Positions 49,101 to 57,234 of a stretch of 64,000 nucleotides of DNA are shown one piece after another. The notes beneath the pieces were generated by a model. That model was not told the DNA's origin and ran no database searches. It saw only the letters and a program-made list of their open reading frames with translations. The stretch lies in IMG/VR virus record IMGVR_UViG_3300044633_003049, positions 62,001-126,000 of that record; one strand, written 5' to 3'. Both the position numbers and the translations under genes were made by a program. How positions within the stretch are numbered: the first letter of the stretch is position 1; each line of letters starts with the position of its first letter.

Positions 49101-49916
49101 TGTTGATGTTAACCAAGCTGCCGAATTTAAATTGAAATATCCACTTCCTGGATCAACACTTGTGTTTGTGTTTCCACTATATCTCCAAATTGCTAAATGT
49201 CCTTCATATCCTGCATATCCACTTGTACCTGATGTACCATTTATACCACTTGTGCCTGATGTACCACTTGTTCCAACTCCACTTGTACCTGAAGTACCAT
49301 CTGTTCCACTTGTTCCTGAAGTACCATCTGTTCCGTCACTTCCATTAATTCCAGACGTACCATCAGTACCGCTTGTTCCTGATGTACCATTTATACCACT
49401 TGTGCCTGATGAACCATTACTACCTGAAGAACCATTAGACCCACTAGTACCTGATGTACCATCTGTACCATTAGAACCTGAAGTACCACTTATTCCACCT
49501 CCAGTACCACCTGTTATTGTAACTATTACATCACCATTACCACTATCGGTAACCGTAGCACCACTAAATGTAATTTTATCAACATTATTAATTGTTGTTG
49601 TTCCGTCTGTTAACGTAATTGCCGTACCCGTACCACTTGTACCTGAAGTTCCTGAAGAACCAGTACCACTAGAACCTGAAGTTCCTGATGTACCAGCAAC
49701 ACCTGAAGAACCACTTGTACCTGAAGAACCTGACAATCCACCGGTACCACCAGTACCTCCTGCCGCAATTAAAGCTGTAACACTTGTTCCGGAGATATAA
49801 AGATTGTCCGCATATACCGCATGTAATGAACCAGATGGAGAACCTAAGTTAATTGTCGACCCCGAAGGGACGTTCTCGGTATCAACTTGGGTCCAATTTA
49901 TTTTTTGTAATGCCAT
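46170..49916 (-). CDS. Large fibre/structural protein (1248 aa) with Gly-X-Y repeats and Ser/Thr-rich beta C-terminal region
   Basis: GTSGS/GTDGT repeat blocks (~48470-48840, ~49220-49490, ~49620-49760); FGDSQNDTHLFTGS module. Confidence 0.7.
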   Translation of the reverse strand: MALQKINWTQVDTENVPSGSTINLGSPSGSLHAVYADNLYISGTSVTALIAAGGTGGTGGLSGSSGTSGSSGVAGTSGTSGSSGTGSSGTSGTSGTGTAITLTDGTTTINNVDKITFSGATVTDSGNGDVIVTITGGTGGGISGTSGSNGTDGTSGTSGSNGSSGSNGSSGTSGINGTSGTSGTDGTSGINGSDGTDGTSGTSGTDGTSGTSGVGTSGTSGTSGINGTSGTSGYAGYEGHLAIWRYSGNTNTSVDPGSGYFNLNSAAWLTSTTSISIDNVAYSPNQDFESYLDGLTIGTILKLVKVGDATTFKLLKIDVVDPLDSGYEKYTVSQLSVGGTTPNNNDEFLIIPLGVPGLTGTAGTSGSDGTDGSSGTSGSNGTNGSSGTSGSNGTDGTSGSNGTDGSSGTSGSDGTSGISGVDGTDGSSGTSGSNGTDGTSGSDGSSGTSGSNGTDGTSGTSGTSGSDGAIGTSGSDGSSGTSGDSLFALTGSNWYTKNDVTIDGKLTINELIVSSSVTNMTVQYASGSTNFGDSQNDTHLFTGSLLVTGSITLKGNQEITGSEVLLNSPDGSVSNKYALSVSQSIHAENINVGVPTSNPWQSSLNGSYFNNFNENTDVSEILRFVAGLLSSSAPDAAPNTKTYSSYTTVPNNNATGTVTVGSIPLNSSNPTITYLQSKGFATTGSTIFSGISPIYTNSGYYETYTSVAGGSTIVSSSVDSQLFGLGTLSSGTPTSFKVSGSFTFKFKDNSSKTDTATSSSQALITQTGAGTTNGVTLAKINTANPAVIPAAYQDGKYVTVFSPAIYNAGATAISGSGYYHITSSIAIASGSSTYTTPQTRSTEIFYAPLTTISTNIPAQTPTFSGVSVNGITAVSRSLSGAPYLSSATYTISGSVLGLFNPLYYAGTGIATITDSDALVTESGGVLTVSTAGGTIQTANAVYDSTGVTVRSTGTVPYETDIVKVYTTSSFAPTASDENISQTGLGTTSFSLQINGLNKGGSTTTNTSTVSYHTAGTFGQPSASGSLAYYGRPQTGDTATNGGASNSEPFLGENNRIQLSDNILSFTGTAWDTAFGLYNLGANDLQVKPGFLVKPGGAYKYWLENPSDTSDYKYYVRKVTTNAGVKLTMTLNMGTALVNWDSTTSNSVSSLILFESTKSGLYTPPRFFDPSNALTNLGTITANTDGTNPFGSSIYVNRCNTSSVSSNTYTIPLISADGMILNATYTNIYVIVRYKGDPTPITSITTTFS

Positions 49917-49966
49917 TGTAAAAGTAAACTCTTTTAGATAAATACTTTTATTTAGGTATATTACAT

Positions 49967-50000
49967 AAAAAAAGGGATTTTTTTTAATCCCTTTTTTTTT
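49967..50000. terminator. Intrinsic terminator (bidirectional-type)
   Basis: A7-GGGATT...AATCCC-T9. Confidence 0.8.
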
Positions 50001-50271
50001 ATATATGTTTTTTAATCATTTCTATGAGTTCTTCCTTACTTTCATAGTCTCTTTCGGGAACAAAAACTATCCCTTCATCTGTACCTTCATTGGGTAAAAA
50101 CACCGTTGGCACTGCGTTGTGACCTGTTTGTGAAACTACTTTGTCCCATATTTCTTTGTTCTCCTCAATTTCTATTTCATCAAAATCTATCTTCTCTTTA
50201 TTTAATAAATTTTTTAAAACAGTGCAATGAGAACAATTATTTAGTGTAAAAATAATTACCTTACTACCCAT
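49999..50271 (-). CDS. Glutaredoxin/NrdH-like protein
   Basis: CSHC active site; TGHNAVPTVF cis-Pro motif. Confidence 0.85.
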   Translation of the reverse strand: MGSKVIIFTLNNCSHCTVLKNLLNKEKIDFDEIEIEENKEIWDKVVSQTGHNAVPTVFLPNEGTDEGIVFVPERDYESKEELIEMIKKHI

Positions 50272-50274
50272 AAA

Positions 50275-50580
50275 CTATAATGTGTCTAAAATTTTTGTAT
50301 AAACGCTGTCAATATTTGCACCAAGTGATCTGTTTACTAACACATCTCCATTATAAATCATAATTGTAGGTACAGTACTAATACCTAACTCCATAACTGC
50401 GTCTTGATTTTCATCAACATTTACTTTAACAAATGTAACGTCAGGATATCCTGATGATAATTCTGTTAATCTTGGTGCTAATGCCTTACATGGTGAACAC
50501 CAATCGGCTGTGTACTGAACTAATAATTTTTTTCCTTCTGATTGTAATTGTGCAACTTGTGCGGATGTAACGTATTCCAT
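50275..50580 (-). CDS. trxA: Thioredoxin
   Basis: ADWCSPCK, KVNVDE, ISTVPT. Confidence 0.9.
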   Translation of the reverse strand: MEYVTSAQVAQLQSEGKKLLVQYTADWCSPCKALAPRLTELSSGYPDVTFVKVNVDENQDAVMELGISTVPTIMIYNGDVLVNRSLGANIDSVYTKILDTL

Positions 50581-50589
50581 TTTATAATT

Positions 50590-51678
50590 TTAAAATCCTA
50601 TTTTATTTCCTTTTGTGGATGTTTTATAGACCTCTGTGTCTATGTTATAAATATCAGCTAAAACCATACCTTCCCCAACTTCTTGATTTTTTTCTAAATG
50701 TTTTAATAATTTGTTTGTGTCATCAATTGAAAGTTTCTCAAACTTATGTTCAGCAATTAAACGACCCTTACGAAGAAGAGCTTGGTCTATCTTCTCTCTC
50801 TTCATGTTAAAGGTTGCAATAACTTGAATGTTCAAACAGTCACCTAAAATACCGTCAGTTAAGTTAAGGATATTAGAAACTCCCGCAGGTGAACCATTAC
50901 CTTCTCTGTCTGATATAACTCTTTCAGCATCCTCAATAATCAATATAGAGTTCTTATGGTCCATTAAAAATGGAATGATTGTTGGTTCAGATAACATTTC
51001 AGCCATTGATGGTGGGATGAATAAAATATCCTTATCTTTTACTAAACTTGTCAAATGTTTAATGTATGAGGTCTTACCTGTACCAGGATCTCCGTGTAAA
51101 AGAATAATTCCCTTATCATATTCAGAATTTAATCTATCAACAATGACATCGTGTATTTTTAAAAACTCAGAACCATAGTTCAATTCTAAATCAGTAGGTG
51201 GAACAAATAAATCATAATCTTCAGTATCTAAATGACCCATGTCACTTTTAACAAGTTGAATACTCGCTTTCTTTTTTGGTCTTTGGTGTATTTTAATTAC
51301 ATCTAAATCTAATTGGTCTTTTAATTCACCCTTTTTAATGTCATATGAAAAATCTAATAATAATAAATCATCTTTAGATTTTTTATTTGTGTTGTTATTG
51401 TTACTACTATAAACTCTAATTATAATTTCTTTACTATCATATACAAATAAAGATTGTGAAGAAGAATCGTGTCTTTTATTTTTTATGTTACATCTCGCCT
51501 CTTCAACAAACCCCAATTTTTTTAATTCATCTATTATCATTGGGTCGTAGAATGTTCCACCATCTAAAAATTTAGAAGGTATTTTATCATACTTAATCGT
51601 ATAGTACTGTTCAGTTGGTGTTTCACTTCCATATACAGTATCGTAAATTGCATAATTTTGGGGTAATAATTTTTCCAT
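50590..51678 (-). CDS. AAA+ ATPase
   Basis: Walker A GDPGTGKT, Walker B IIEDAE, LNLTDG, SRH IDQALLRKGRL. Confidence 0.9.
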   Translation of the reverse strand: MEKLLPQNYAIYDTVYGSETPTEQYYTIKYDKIPSKFLDGGTFYDPMIIDELKKLGFVEEARCNIKNKRHDSSSQSLFVYDSKEIIIRVYSSNNNNTNKKSKDDLLLLDFSYDIKKGELKDQLDLDVIKIHQRPKKKASIQLVKSDMGHLDTEDYDLFVPPTDLELNYGSEFLKIHDVIVDRLNSEYDKGIILLHGDPGTGKTSYIKHLTSLVKDKDILFIPPSMAEMLSEPTIIPFLMDHKNSILIIEDAERVISDREGNGSPAGVSNILNLTDGILGDCLNIQVIATFNMKREKIDQALLRKGRLIAEHKFEKLSIDDTNKLLKHLEKNQEVGEGMVLADIYNIDTEVYKTSTKGNKIGF

Positions 51679-51713
51679 TGATTAAATATAAATAAAATGT
51701 TTGTAAATAAAAA

Positions 51714-52052
51714 CTAATTAAGACAAATTAAACCAAAATTGGGAAAAGGAAGTCCGATAAAAACTCCATTATCGTAATTGAAATCCTCGCTTTTAATTTC
51801 CACTTTTTTTGTAAATGATTTTTTTTCAATTACATTTATTGCTAATATTGTCTTTCGTAATAATTCAAATTGGTCTCTATTAAGCATTGATTCTCCTGAC
51901 TTAGTAAAATTCTTTTGAGCAATTTCAGTTAAATGTTTAAAGAATAATTCTTCGTTAGTTCCACTTAAAAAATATTCACCAGCTTCTTTGTTTGTTGCAA
52001 AGTAATTTTTAACTGACTGAACATAAATTAAAACTTCGGGTGATAAATCCAT
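51714..52052 (-). CDS. Hypothetical protein
   Basis: ORF coupled to the nusG stop. Confidence 0.65.
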   Translation of the reverse strand: MDLSPEVLIYVQSVKNYFATNKEAGEYFLSGTNEELFFKHLTEIAQKNFTKSGESMLNRDQFELLRKTILAINVIEKKSFTKKVEIKSEDFNYDNGVFIGLPFPNFGLICLN

Positions 52053-52582
52053 TATATCTTTTCTATTTGTGATAACATTAAAGAAACGGCAGTGTTACGC
52101 CCAAATATTTTTATTTCAACGTCAACTCGGTCACCTTTAACTTCAGATATGGTTCCTTCAAATGATGTGAATGGACCTTCGTTTACTTTAACTTGTTCTC
52201 CTGAAATGTATTTCAATTTCTTTGCATCAATATGTTCTTCTAATGTATCATCTTTCAATATTCTTCTTACATCAGTTTCTTTTAATAACATTGGCATCCG
52301 ATCTCCCATCATACCCATAATATTTGGAATCAAAGATATGACTTTTAAATCATCATCTTGTAATCTTTTAATAGATTCAAAATAAAGATATCCACTATAT
52401 AATACTTTCTCTCTTAAAACTTTTTTATTTTTAAGAACTACCAATTCTTTTTCAGTTGGACATACGAATCTCACAATATTAGAAATTCTACCTAATCCGA
52501 TGTCTTTATTAAATTGTTCGTTTAATGATCTTTCTTTCCCTGGTAAAACTTTTACCACATACCATGCTGTTTCCATATTCAT
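52052..52582 (-). CDS. nusG: Transcription elongation/antitermination factor NusG family
   Basis: WYVVKVLPGKE and LYSGYLYF (NGN domain); GEQVKVNEGPFTSFEGTI..V.IKIFGR (KOW). Confidence 0.9.
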   Translation of the reverse strand: MNMETAWYVVKVLPGKERSLNEQFNKDIGLGRISNIVRFVCPTEKELVVLKNKKVLREKVLYSGYLYFESIKRLQDDDLKVISLIPNIMGMMGDRMPMLLKETDVRRILKDDTLEEHIDAKKLKYISGEQVKVNEGPFTSFEGTISEVKGDRVDVEIKIFGRNTAVSLMLSQIEKI

Positions 52583-52598
52583 TTTTTTATAAATATAA

Positions 52599-53441
52599 TT
52601 AATAGTTCATTATTAAAAGTTCAGTACCCATATTTTGTTTACCGTCTTTTTTAGCCGCAGCTGCTTTAGCAAAATCTTTTTGATTCCATTTATATTGGTC
52701 TTTTGGAAACCATTCAACCAATTTAGGAAAATCGTAATATGACAAACTAAATTTACCTTCAATGTTTTTAATACACTCCGCCAATCTTGTGTGATCATTC
52801 ACATCAAAGTCATGATTTGAATAGTAATTTTCAGTTTTCCAATATGGTGGGTCCATATAGAAATAAGTTGTTGGTGAATCATATTTTTCAACAACCACCT
52901 CAAAATCCATATTCTCAACAAACGTTAACTTATCAAAATGTTCTCTATACTTTGGGTGTTTTAATTTATCCATAAAGATTAAAACTTTACAACGATACTT
53001 TCCTTTATAATCTGTGTAAGCGGCAGTTTCAGGTTTTGATCCTGAGAATACTTGACACAACACATAAACATACTTCCCCGCAATGTCTAAACTATTTTCT
53101 TCGGTGATAACTAATTCAGGATTAAATACCTCTTTTTGGTATGTTTTAAACATTTCAGCATATTCGGGTGGTGTATCAATTACACCTAATTGTTGGCACG
53201 GGTATTTTGCTAACTCCTCCCATAGAATGTCATATTGTTTAGACCATTTCATTAGGTTAGCATTTAACCTATTATAGTCATTATACACTACCGTTTTAAG
53301 ATTGGGGAACTTACTTAAATCCATATTAAAAAATACCCAGAACATCCCACTAAACCCTTCAACATATGTTTCAATATCCGTCGGGATTTGTGGTACTATC
53401 CATTTACCTATACGAGCTTTACCTCCGATGTAACTAATCAT
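52599..53441 (-). CDS. D12-class (Dam-like) DNA adenine methyltransferase
   Basis: YIGGK, YVEGFSG, VYND, DPPY, ELLIMNY. Confidence 0.9.
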   Translation of the reverse strand: MISYIGGKARIGKWIVPQIPTDIETYVEGFSGMFWVFFNMDLSKFPNLKTVVYNDYNRLNANLMKWSKQYDILWEELAKYPCQQLGVIDTPPEYAEMFKTYQKEVFNPELVITEENSLDIAGKYVYVLCQVFSGSKPETAAYTDYKGKYRCKVLIFMDKLKHPKYREHFDKLTFVENMDFEVVVEKYDSPTTYFYMDPPYWKTENYYSNHDFDVNDHTRLAECIKNIEGKFSLSYYDFPKLVEWFPKDQYKWNQKDFAKAAAAKKDGKQNMGTELLIMNY

Positions 53442-53512
53442 TTATCATTCATTATATTTAAAAATATAACAAAAAAAATTGATAAAGAGAAATTAAAAGT
53501 ATATATTTTAAT

Positions 53513-53665
53513 ATGAGTTGCACATCTTGTAAAGAAAAAAAGAACATTAAAGAGGAGTTAATTAAATCTGGGGATTTTGTACCTAAGGGAATTGTTATAT
53601 TCTCAATTATATGGTTTATTCTAGGTGGTTACGGTCTCTATTCTTTAATTATAAAACTATTATGA
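53513..53665 (+). CDS. Small membrane protein with N-terminal CxxC (50 aa)
   Basis: Hand translation MSCTSCKEKK...GIVIFSIIWFILGGYGLYSLIIKLL; TATATTTT at 53502; ATGA overlap with the next gene. Confidence 0.65.
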   Translation: MSCTSCKEKKNIKEELIKSGDFVPKGIVIFSIIWFILGGYGLYSLIIKLL

Positions 53666-54303
53666 AAAACGGGAAATATTTTATAGTACTTTTCTGTAAC
53701 CAAAAAAGGGTTAAAATATTACATAGGAGTATGAGAAGAACCACCGCATATGAATATTGGAGGGAGTTTAAGACCCAACAAGTTCCACCCTTTCTTAAAC
53801 AACAAGGGGGTGAGAGAAAAAAAAATGAATTAGTTTTTGAATTGGCACTTATCTTCCCAAATAACCGTTGGGCAACTGCAACATATGTTAGAGATAGTTT
53901 GGGTAGGAATCAACCAGCAATAATTGAAAACGATAAATTTCGTATCAAAGAGATAATCCCGTATTGGCAAGAAGAACAGATATACGATTACCAAATAAAG
54001 AAGAGAATTAGATATCATGTAATGATGGAACAAATATTACCCATAACAGAGGTTGCTCAAATTTTCACTTTAAACAATAAACTATTTGTACAGGTTGATG
54101 ATGATATTAAGTTATTTGGGAATAAGAATATAAACGACGCCAATAGACTATTTGAAATTGTAAAAAAGGATTTGGTGAGTAGAAAAAAAGGTAATTTCTT
54201 TTTTGTTAAAGACATAACCACACACCAAAGAAGTTTATTATATAAACTATTAGAATCTAAAGGATTTAAAAAAGAAGAACTTTTTAGACATTATTCGTAT
54301 TAA
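53662..54303 (+). CDS. Hypothetical basic protein
   Basis: Likely start ATG 53662 (MKNGKYF) via ATGA coupling. Confidence 0.7.
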   Translation: MKNGKYFIVLFCNQKRVKILHRSMRRTTAYEYWREFKTQQVPPFLKQQGGERKKNELVFELALIFPNNRWATATYVRDSLGRNQPAIIENDKFRIKEIIPYWQEEQIYDYQIKKRIRYHVMMEQILPITEVAQIFTLNNKLFVQVDDDIKLFGNKNINDANRLFEIVKKDLVSRKKGNFFFVKDITTHQRSLLYKLLESKGFKKEELFRHYSY

Positions 54304-54517
54304 ATACAATATCAATTAACCCTATCGTAATATTAAACTTACCTTTAGGGTTCTCCAATTTACTTCCATATTTTTTTTGTATACTCTGAAACACTCTATC
54401 AAACTCCATATTTGATAATTCAAAAACAATTGTTGTTGATTTAGTCTCGGCGTTTACCTTTTCTAATAAATCCGATATAATAGCTAATTGATTTAATAAC
54501 TCACCTTTTTTTTCCAT
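54284..54517 (-). CDS. Hypothetical protein
   Basis: Coupled ORF. Confidence 0.6.
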   Translation of the reverse strand: MEKKGELLNQLAIISDLLEKVNAETKSTTIVFELSNMEFDRVFQSIQKKYGSKLENPKGKFNITIGLIDIVFNTNNV

Positions 54518-54704
54518 GTCCTAATATCTTTAATATCTTATCTATTATAGATACTTTCTTTTTTGGTTTCGGCTGAAACATTTTATTTTTATCCAGTGAT
54601 TTGATTTCATCAATCATCCTGTTCTTGCTCGTCTCTATCTCCAACGAGTCCTTCTCTATCTCCTTCCTCAGTATCTCCAATCCCTGTTGTATTCTCTTGT
54701 CCAT
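54501..54704 (-). CDS. Hypothetical protein
   Basis: Overlapping ORF with helical, charged composition. Confidence 0.55.
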   Translation of the reverse strand: MDKRIQQGLEILRKEIEKDSLEIETSKNRMIDEIKSLDKNKMFQPKPKKKVSIIDKILKILGHGKKR

Positions 54705-55065
54705 AATTATCTAATAAATTTAAACCTTTTAATTTATCTAATGATTCATTCTTAAATAGTTCTTGTAATTCTTTTACTTTCGATTGGAAAAGTTTTTGTT
54801 TCTCTTCTTCATCTTTATTTACTTTAAATATTTCTAATGCACAAGCAAAAACAACATCATATCCTTCTTGTGTTGCACTTGAAATTAAAGACATTAACGT
54901 AAACTTTTCATTCTTATCTTGAATTTTAACTACAACCGAACGATACGGTTTTAAAATTTCTTCGTATTTCCAATTTAATGGTAATTTAATATCTAAACTA
55001 ACATTATTTTCAATTTCTCTTAACGAATGAAAATATGGTCTTATTGATTTTATTGATTCAAACAC
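54610..55065 (-). CDS. Hypothetical protein with acidic tail
   Basis: ORF track. Confidence 0.65.
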   Translation of the reverse strand: MFESIKSIRPYFHSLREIENNVSLDIKLPLNWKYEEILKPYRSVVVKIQDKNEKFTLMSLISSATQEGYDVVFACALEIFKVNKDEEEKQKLFQSKVKELQELFKNESLDKLKGLNLLDNYGQENTTGIGDTEEGDREGLVGDRDEQEQDD

Positions 55066-55069
55066 GGTA

Positions 55070-55246
55070 TTATGTTAATATGAATGTTATTATATATGAA
55101 ACAGCAAGATATATTAAAACCTGTTCAATTTTTGACAAAACTAAAGGTTCAGGATTATCTTGGAATAATTTAATTGTAAATTCAGTAATTAATCTCATTG
55201 AAAATAATATACTGATTACAAATAAAAATATTTTAACTTGGTACAT
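55070..55246 (-). CDS. Small two-TM membrane protein
   Basis: Likely start ATG 55246 (MYQVKIFLFVISILF...); two hydrophobic helices. Confidence 0.55.
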   Translation of the reverse strand: MYQVKIFLFVISILFSMRLITEFTIKLFQDNPEPLVLSKIEQVLIYLAVSYIITFILT

Positions 55247-55424
55247 CGTCGTATTTTTTAATTTCTTCAAGGATGTCCTTGCGATAAATGGCAATTAATA
55301 ATTTAATTTCTTGAGCGTATTTTCTAGCTCTAATTGATGCACTTCGGTTTCCTTTATCATAAACCTTTTGTGTATCTACTGACATTTTCTCTACTAGGTC
55401 CTTTATTTTATTTAAGGTTTCCAT
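55233..55424 (-). CDS. Histone H1-like Hc1 family nucleoid protein
   Basis: KGNRSASIRARK...YRK resembles the KGNKAA..RAR..K..RK core of Chlamydia/Bacteroidetes Hc1. Confidence 0.7.
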   Translation of the reverse strand: METLNKIKDLVEKMSVDTQKVYDKGNRSASIRARKYAQEIKLLIAIYRKDILEEIKKYDDVPS

Positions 55425-55464
55425 AATATTATTCGGTTTTTAATATGAATATACGGAAAAATAT

Positions 55465-55920
55465 CTACTTTTTCAAGTTTTGTTCAAACAATTTGTAAAT
55501 TTCGGTCAACATATCCAATTCGGACCTGGTCTTTCTATGTTTAAAATCAAATAATTTAAAAAAATATTGGGTTATTTTTATTTGATTATCATCAAGTTGT
55601 GCAAAATAATACGCCTCTAAAAAGAAGTTCCAACAGTATTCGTAACAATTGCCTCTCTCTTTAAAAAATATCTTTTCTTTATTGAAATTTTCAATGGTTT
55701 TATCCCAACACCAAGTAAAATGATTTTTTTGGTCCTCCTCTAATTCAAACACTTCAGGTCCCAAATACGTCTCTTGTAAAAGATTATATAATGACATAAG
55801 AAAGTCATAGAAAAGTTCTGTCTTCTCACGACTTATGTTGTAAGCTCTATACCAAACGTCAATTTGATTTTTGTAACTTTCGGAATGTACAAACTCTAAA
55901 TAACCTTCTTTATTTTCCAT
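55465..55920 (-). CDS. Hypothetical helical protein
   Basis: ORF with its own TATATT element. Confidence 0.65.
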   Translation of the reverse strand: MENKEGYLEFVHSESYKNQIDVWYRAYNISREKTELFYDFLMSLYNLLQETYLGPEVFELEEDQKNHFTWCWDKTIENFNKEKIFFKERGNCYEYCWNFFLEAYYFAQLDDNQIKITQYFFKLFDFKHRKTRSELDMLTEIYKLFEQNLKK

Positions 55921-55969
55921 AACCTTATTATATTATAATATAAAGATTAAAGAATTTAAAAAAAAGAAA

Positions 55970-57232
55970 TTATTGAGTTTTTTTATTGTATTCTGAAATA
56001 TTCTTCATTTTCTTGATTTCATTGTCAAGAACACTTGAAAAATTTACTTTTGATTCACTAACTGGAACCTTTTCTTTAGAATATAAAACTCTATTCTTTT
56101 TATCTTCTTCTCTATCTTTAACTTGTTTTTCTATCTTTTTAGCGGTTTCAGGAGTTTGAATGTGATTACCTTCTTTTTCTTTTGCTTCTTTTCCTTTCTC
56201 CGCACCGTTTGATGGTTTAATACTTGCAGGTTCGGTAACTTTACCATTACCCATCAATGTATCTCCTTCTATCGCCATCTTCAATCTTTTCTTAAATTGT
56301 TCTGATGGTTCAATATCATATTCTAAATTTTCTAAACCAGCATAGTTTTTAGCAATTTCATCTTCTTGTTCTGGTGTATTTTTTCTTGCAACCTTTTCAC
56401 CCTTACCAATAGCTTTAGGAAATTCAGGATTGTCGTTACCATCAAATGATGCTAATTTTTTCATTTTAGTTTCAACGTCAGCTAAATGTGCCTTATTTTC
56501 TTTACCACTTTCAAGATGTGATTTTTCGGCAGCTTGTAAACCAGGAATTGATTCATTAACCATCTTACTGATTAATTTGATTAATTCGGTTTCAGTTAAA
56601 CGTACCGTTTTCTTTTTTGATTCGTACATTCCGCCTCCACACTCACATATTTCTTTATCACATTTTTCACAAGATTTCTTTTCTTCAGCCATTTCGTCAG
56701 GTGTTTCTTCACCTTTATCTACATAACTGTGTTTTCTTCTACCCCTTAACATATTTTCAAAATCGTCATCACCTTTTTCCTCTTCTTCCATAGAAGAACT
56801 ACCACACTCATCACACTCTTCTTCATCTGATGAATCTTGACCTTTCATGATTTTAAAATCTTGACCATCAATCTTACCATTGTGATTTTTATCAAGTTTA
56901 TCTTGATTACCCACTAATTTTTCGTCCATTTGTGTATTTTCCATATTTTCTGTTTCTTCTAATTGGTCGTTCATCTCATCAAGTTTATTCATCATATCAT
57001 CATGACTTTCATAAACTCCTTTTTCGATGATTAGTTCACCATCTTTATGTTTAGCCTTATAATCAGGTAATGCGTCGTTCGCTTCTTCTTCAGATTCAAA
57101 TGTTGCTAAAGGTATACCTTCACATTTTATATGATAAACTTCTTTCTTACCATTATTCTCTTCCATAATTGTCTTTCTAATTTCGTTAGAAACGATGTTT
57201 TCAATAATTGTTGTTAATTCGCTTACTTTCAT
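55970..57232 (-). CDS. Acidic head-associated/scaffold-like protein
   Basis: VRLTETELIKLISKMVNES-type helices ending in Glu; EF-hand-like DKNHNGKIDGQDF; CxxC clusters. Confidence 0.5.
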   Translation of the reverse strand: MKVSELTTIIENIVSNEIRKTIMEENNGKKEVYHIKCEGIPLATFESEEEANDALPDYKAKHKDGELIIEKGVYESHDDMMNKLDEMNDQLEETENMENTQMDEKLVGNQDKLDKNHNGKIDGQDFKIMKGQDSSDEEECDECGSSSMEEEEKGDDDFENMLRGRRKHSYVDKGEETPDEMAEEKKSCEKCDKEICECGGGMYESKKKTVRLTETELIKLISKMVNESIPGLQAAEKSHLESGKENKAHLADVETKMKKLASFDGNDNPEFPKAIGKGEKVARKNTPEQEDEIAKNYAGLENLEYDIEPSEQFKKRLKMAIEGDTLMGNGKVTEPASIKPSNGAEKGKEAKEKEGNHIQTPETAKKIEKQVKDREEDKKNRVLYSKEKVPVSESKVNFSSVLDNEIKKMKNISEYNKKTQ

Positions 57233-57234
57233 AA

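Noticed and set aside
31659-49800. Long plus-strand ORFs of VPLEPEEPS type and minus-strand alternate-frame MVLQVLMV ORFs
   Set aside because: Shadows of the Gly-X-Y repeat codons; they start and stop with the repeat blocks and have no independent signals
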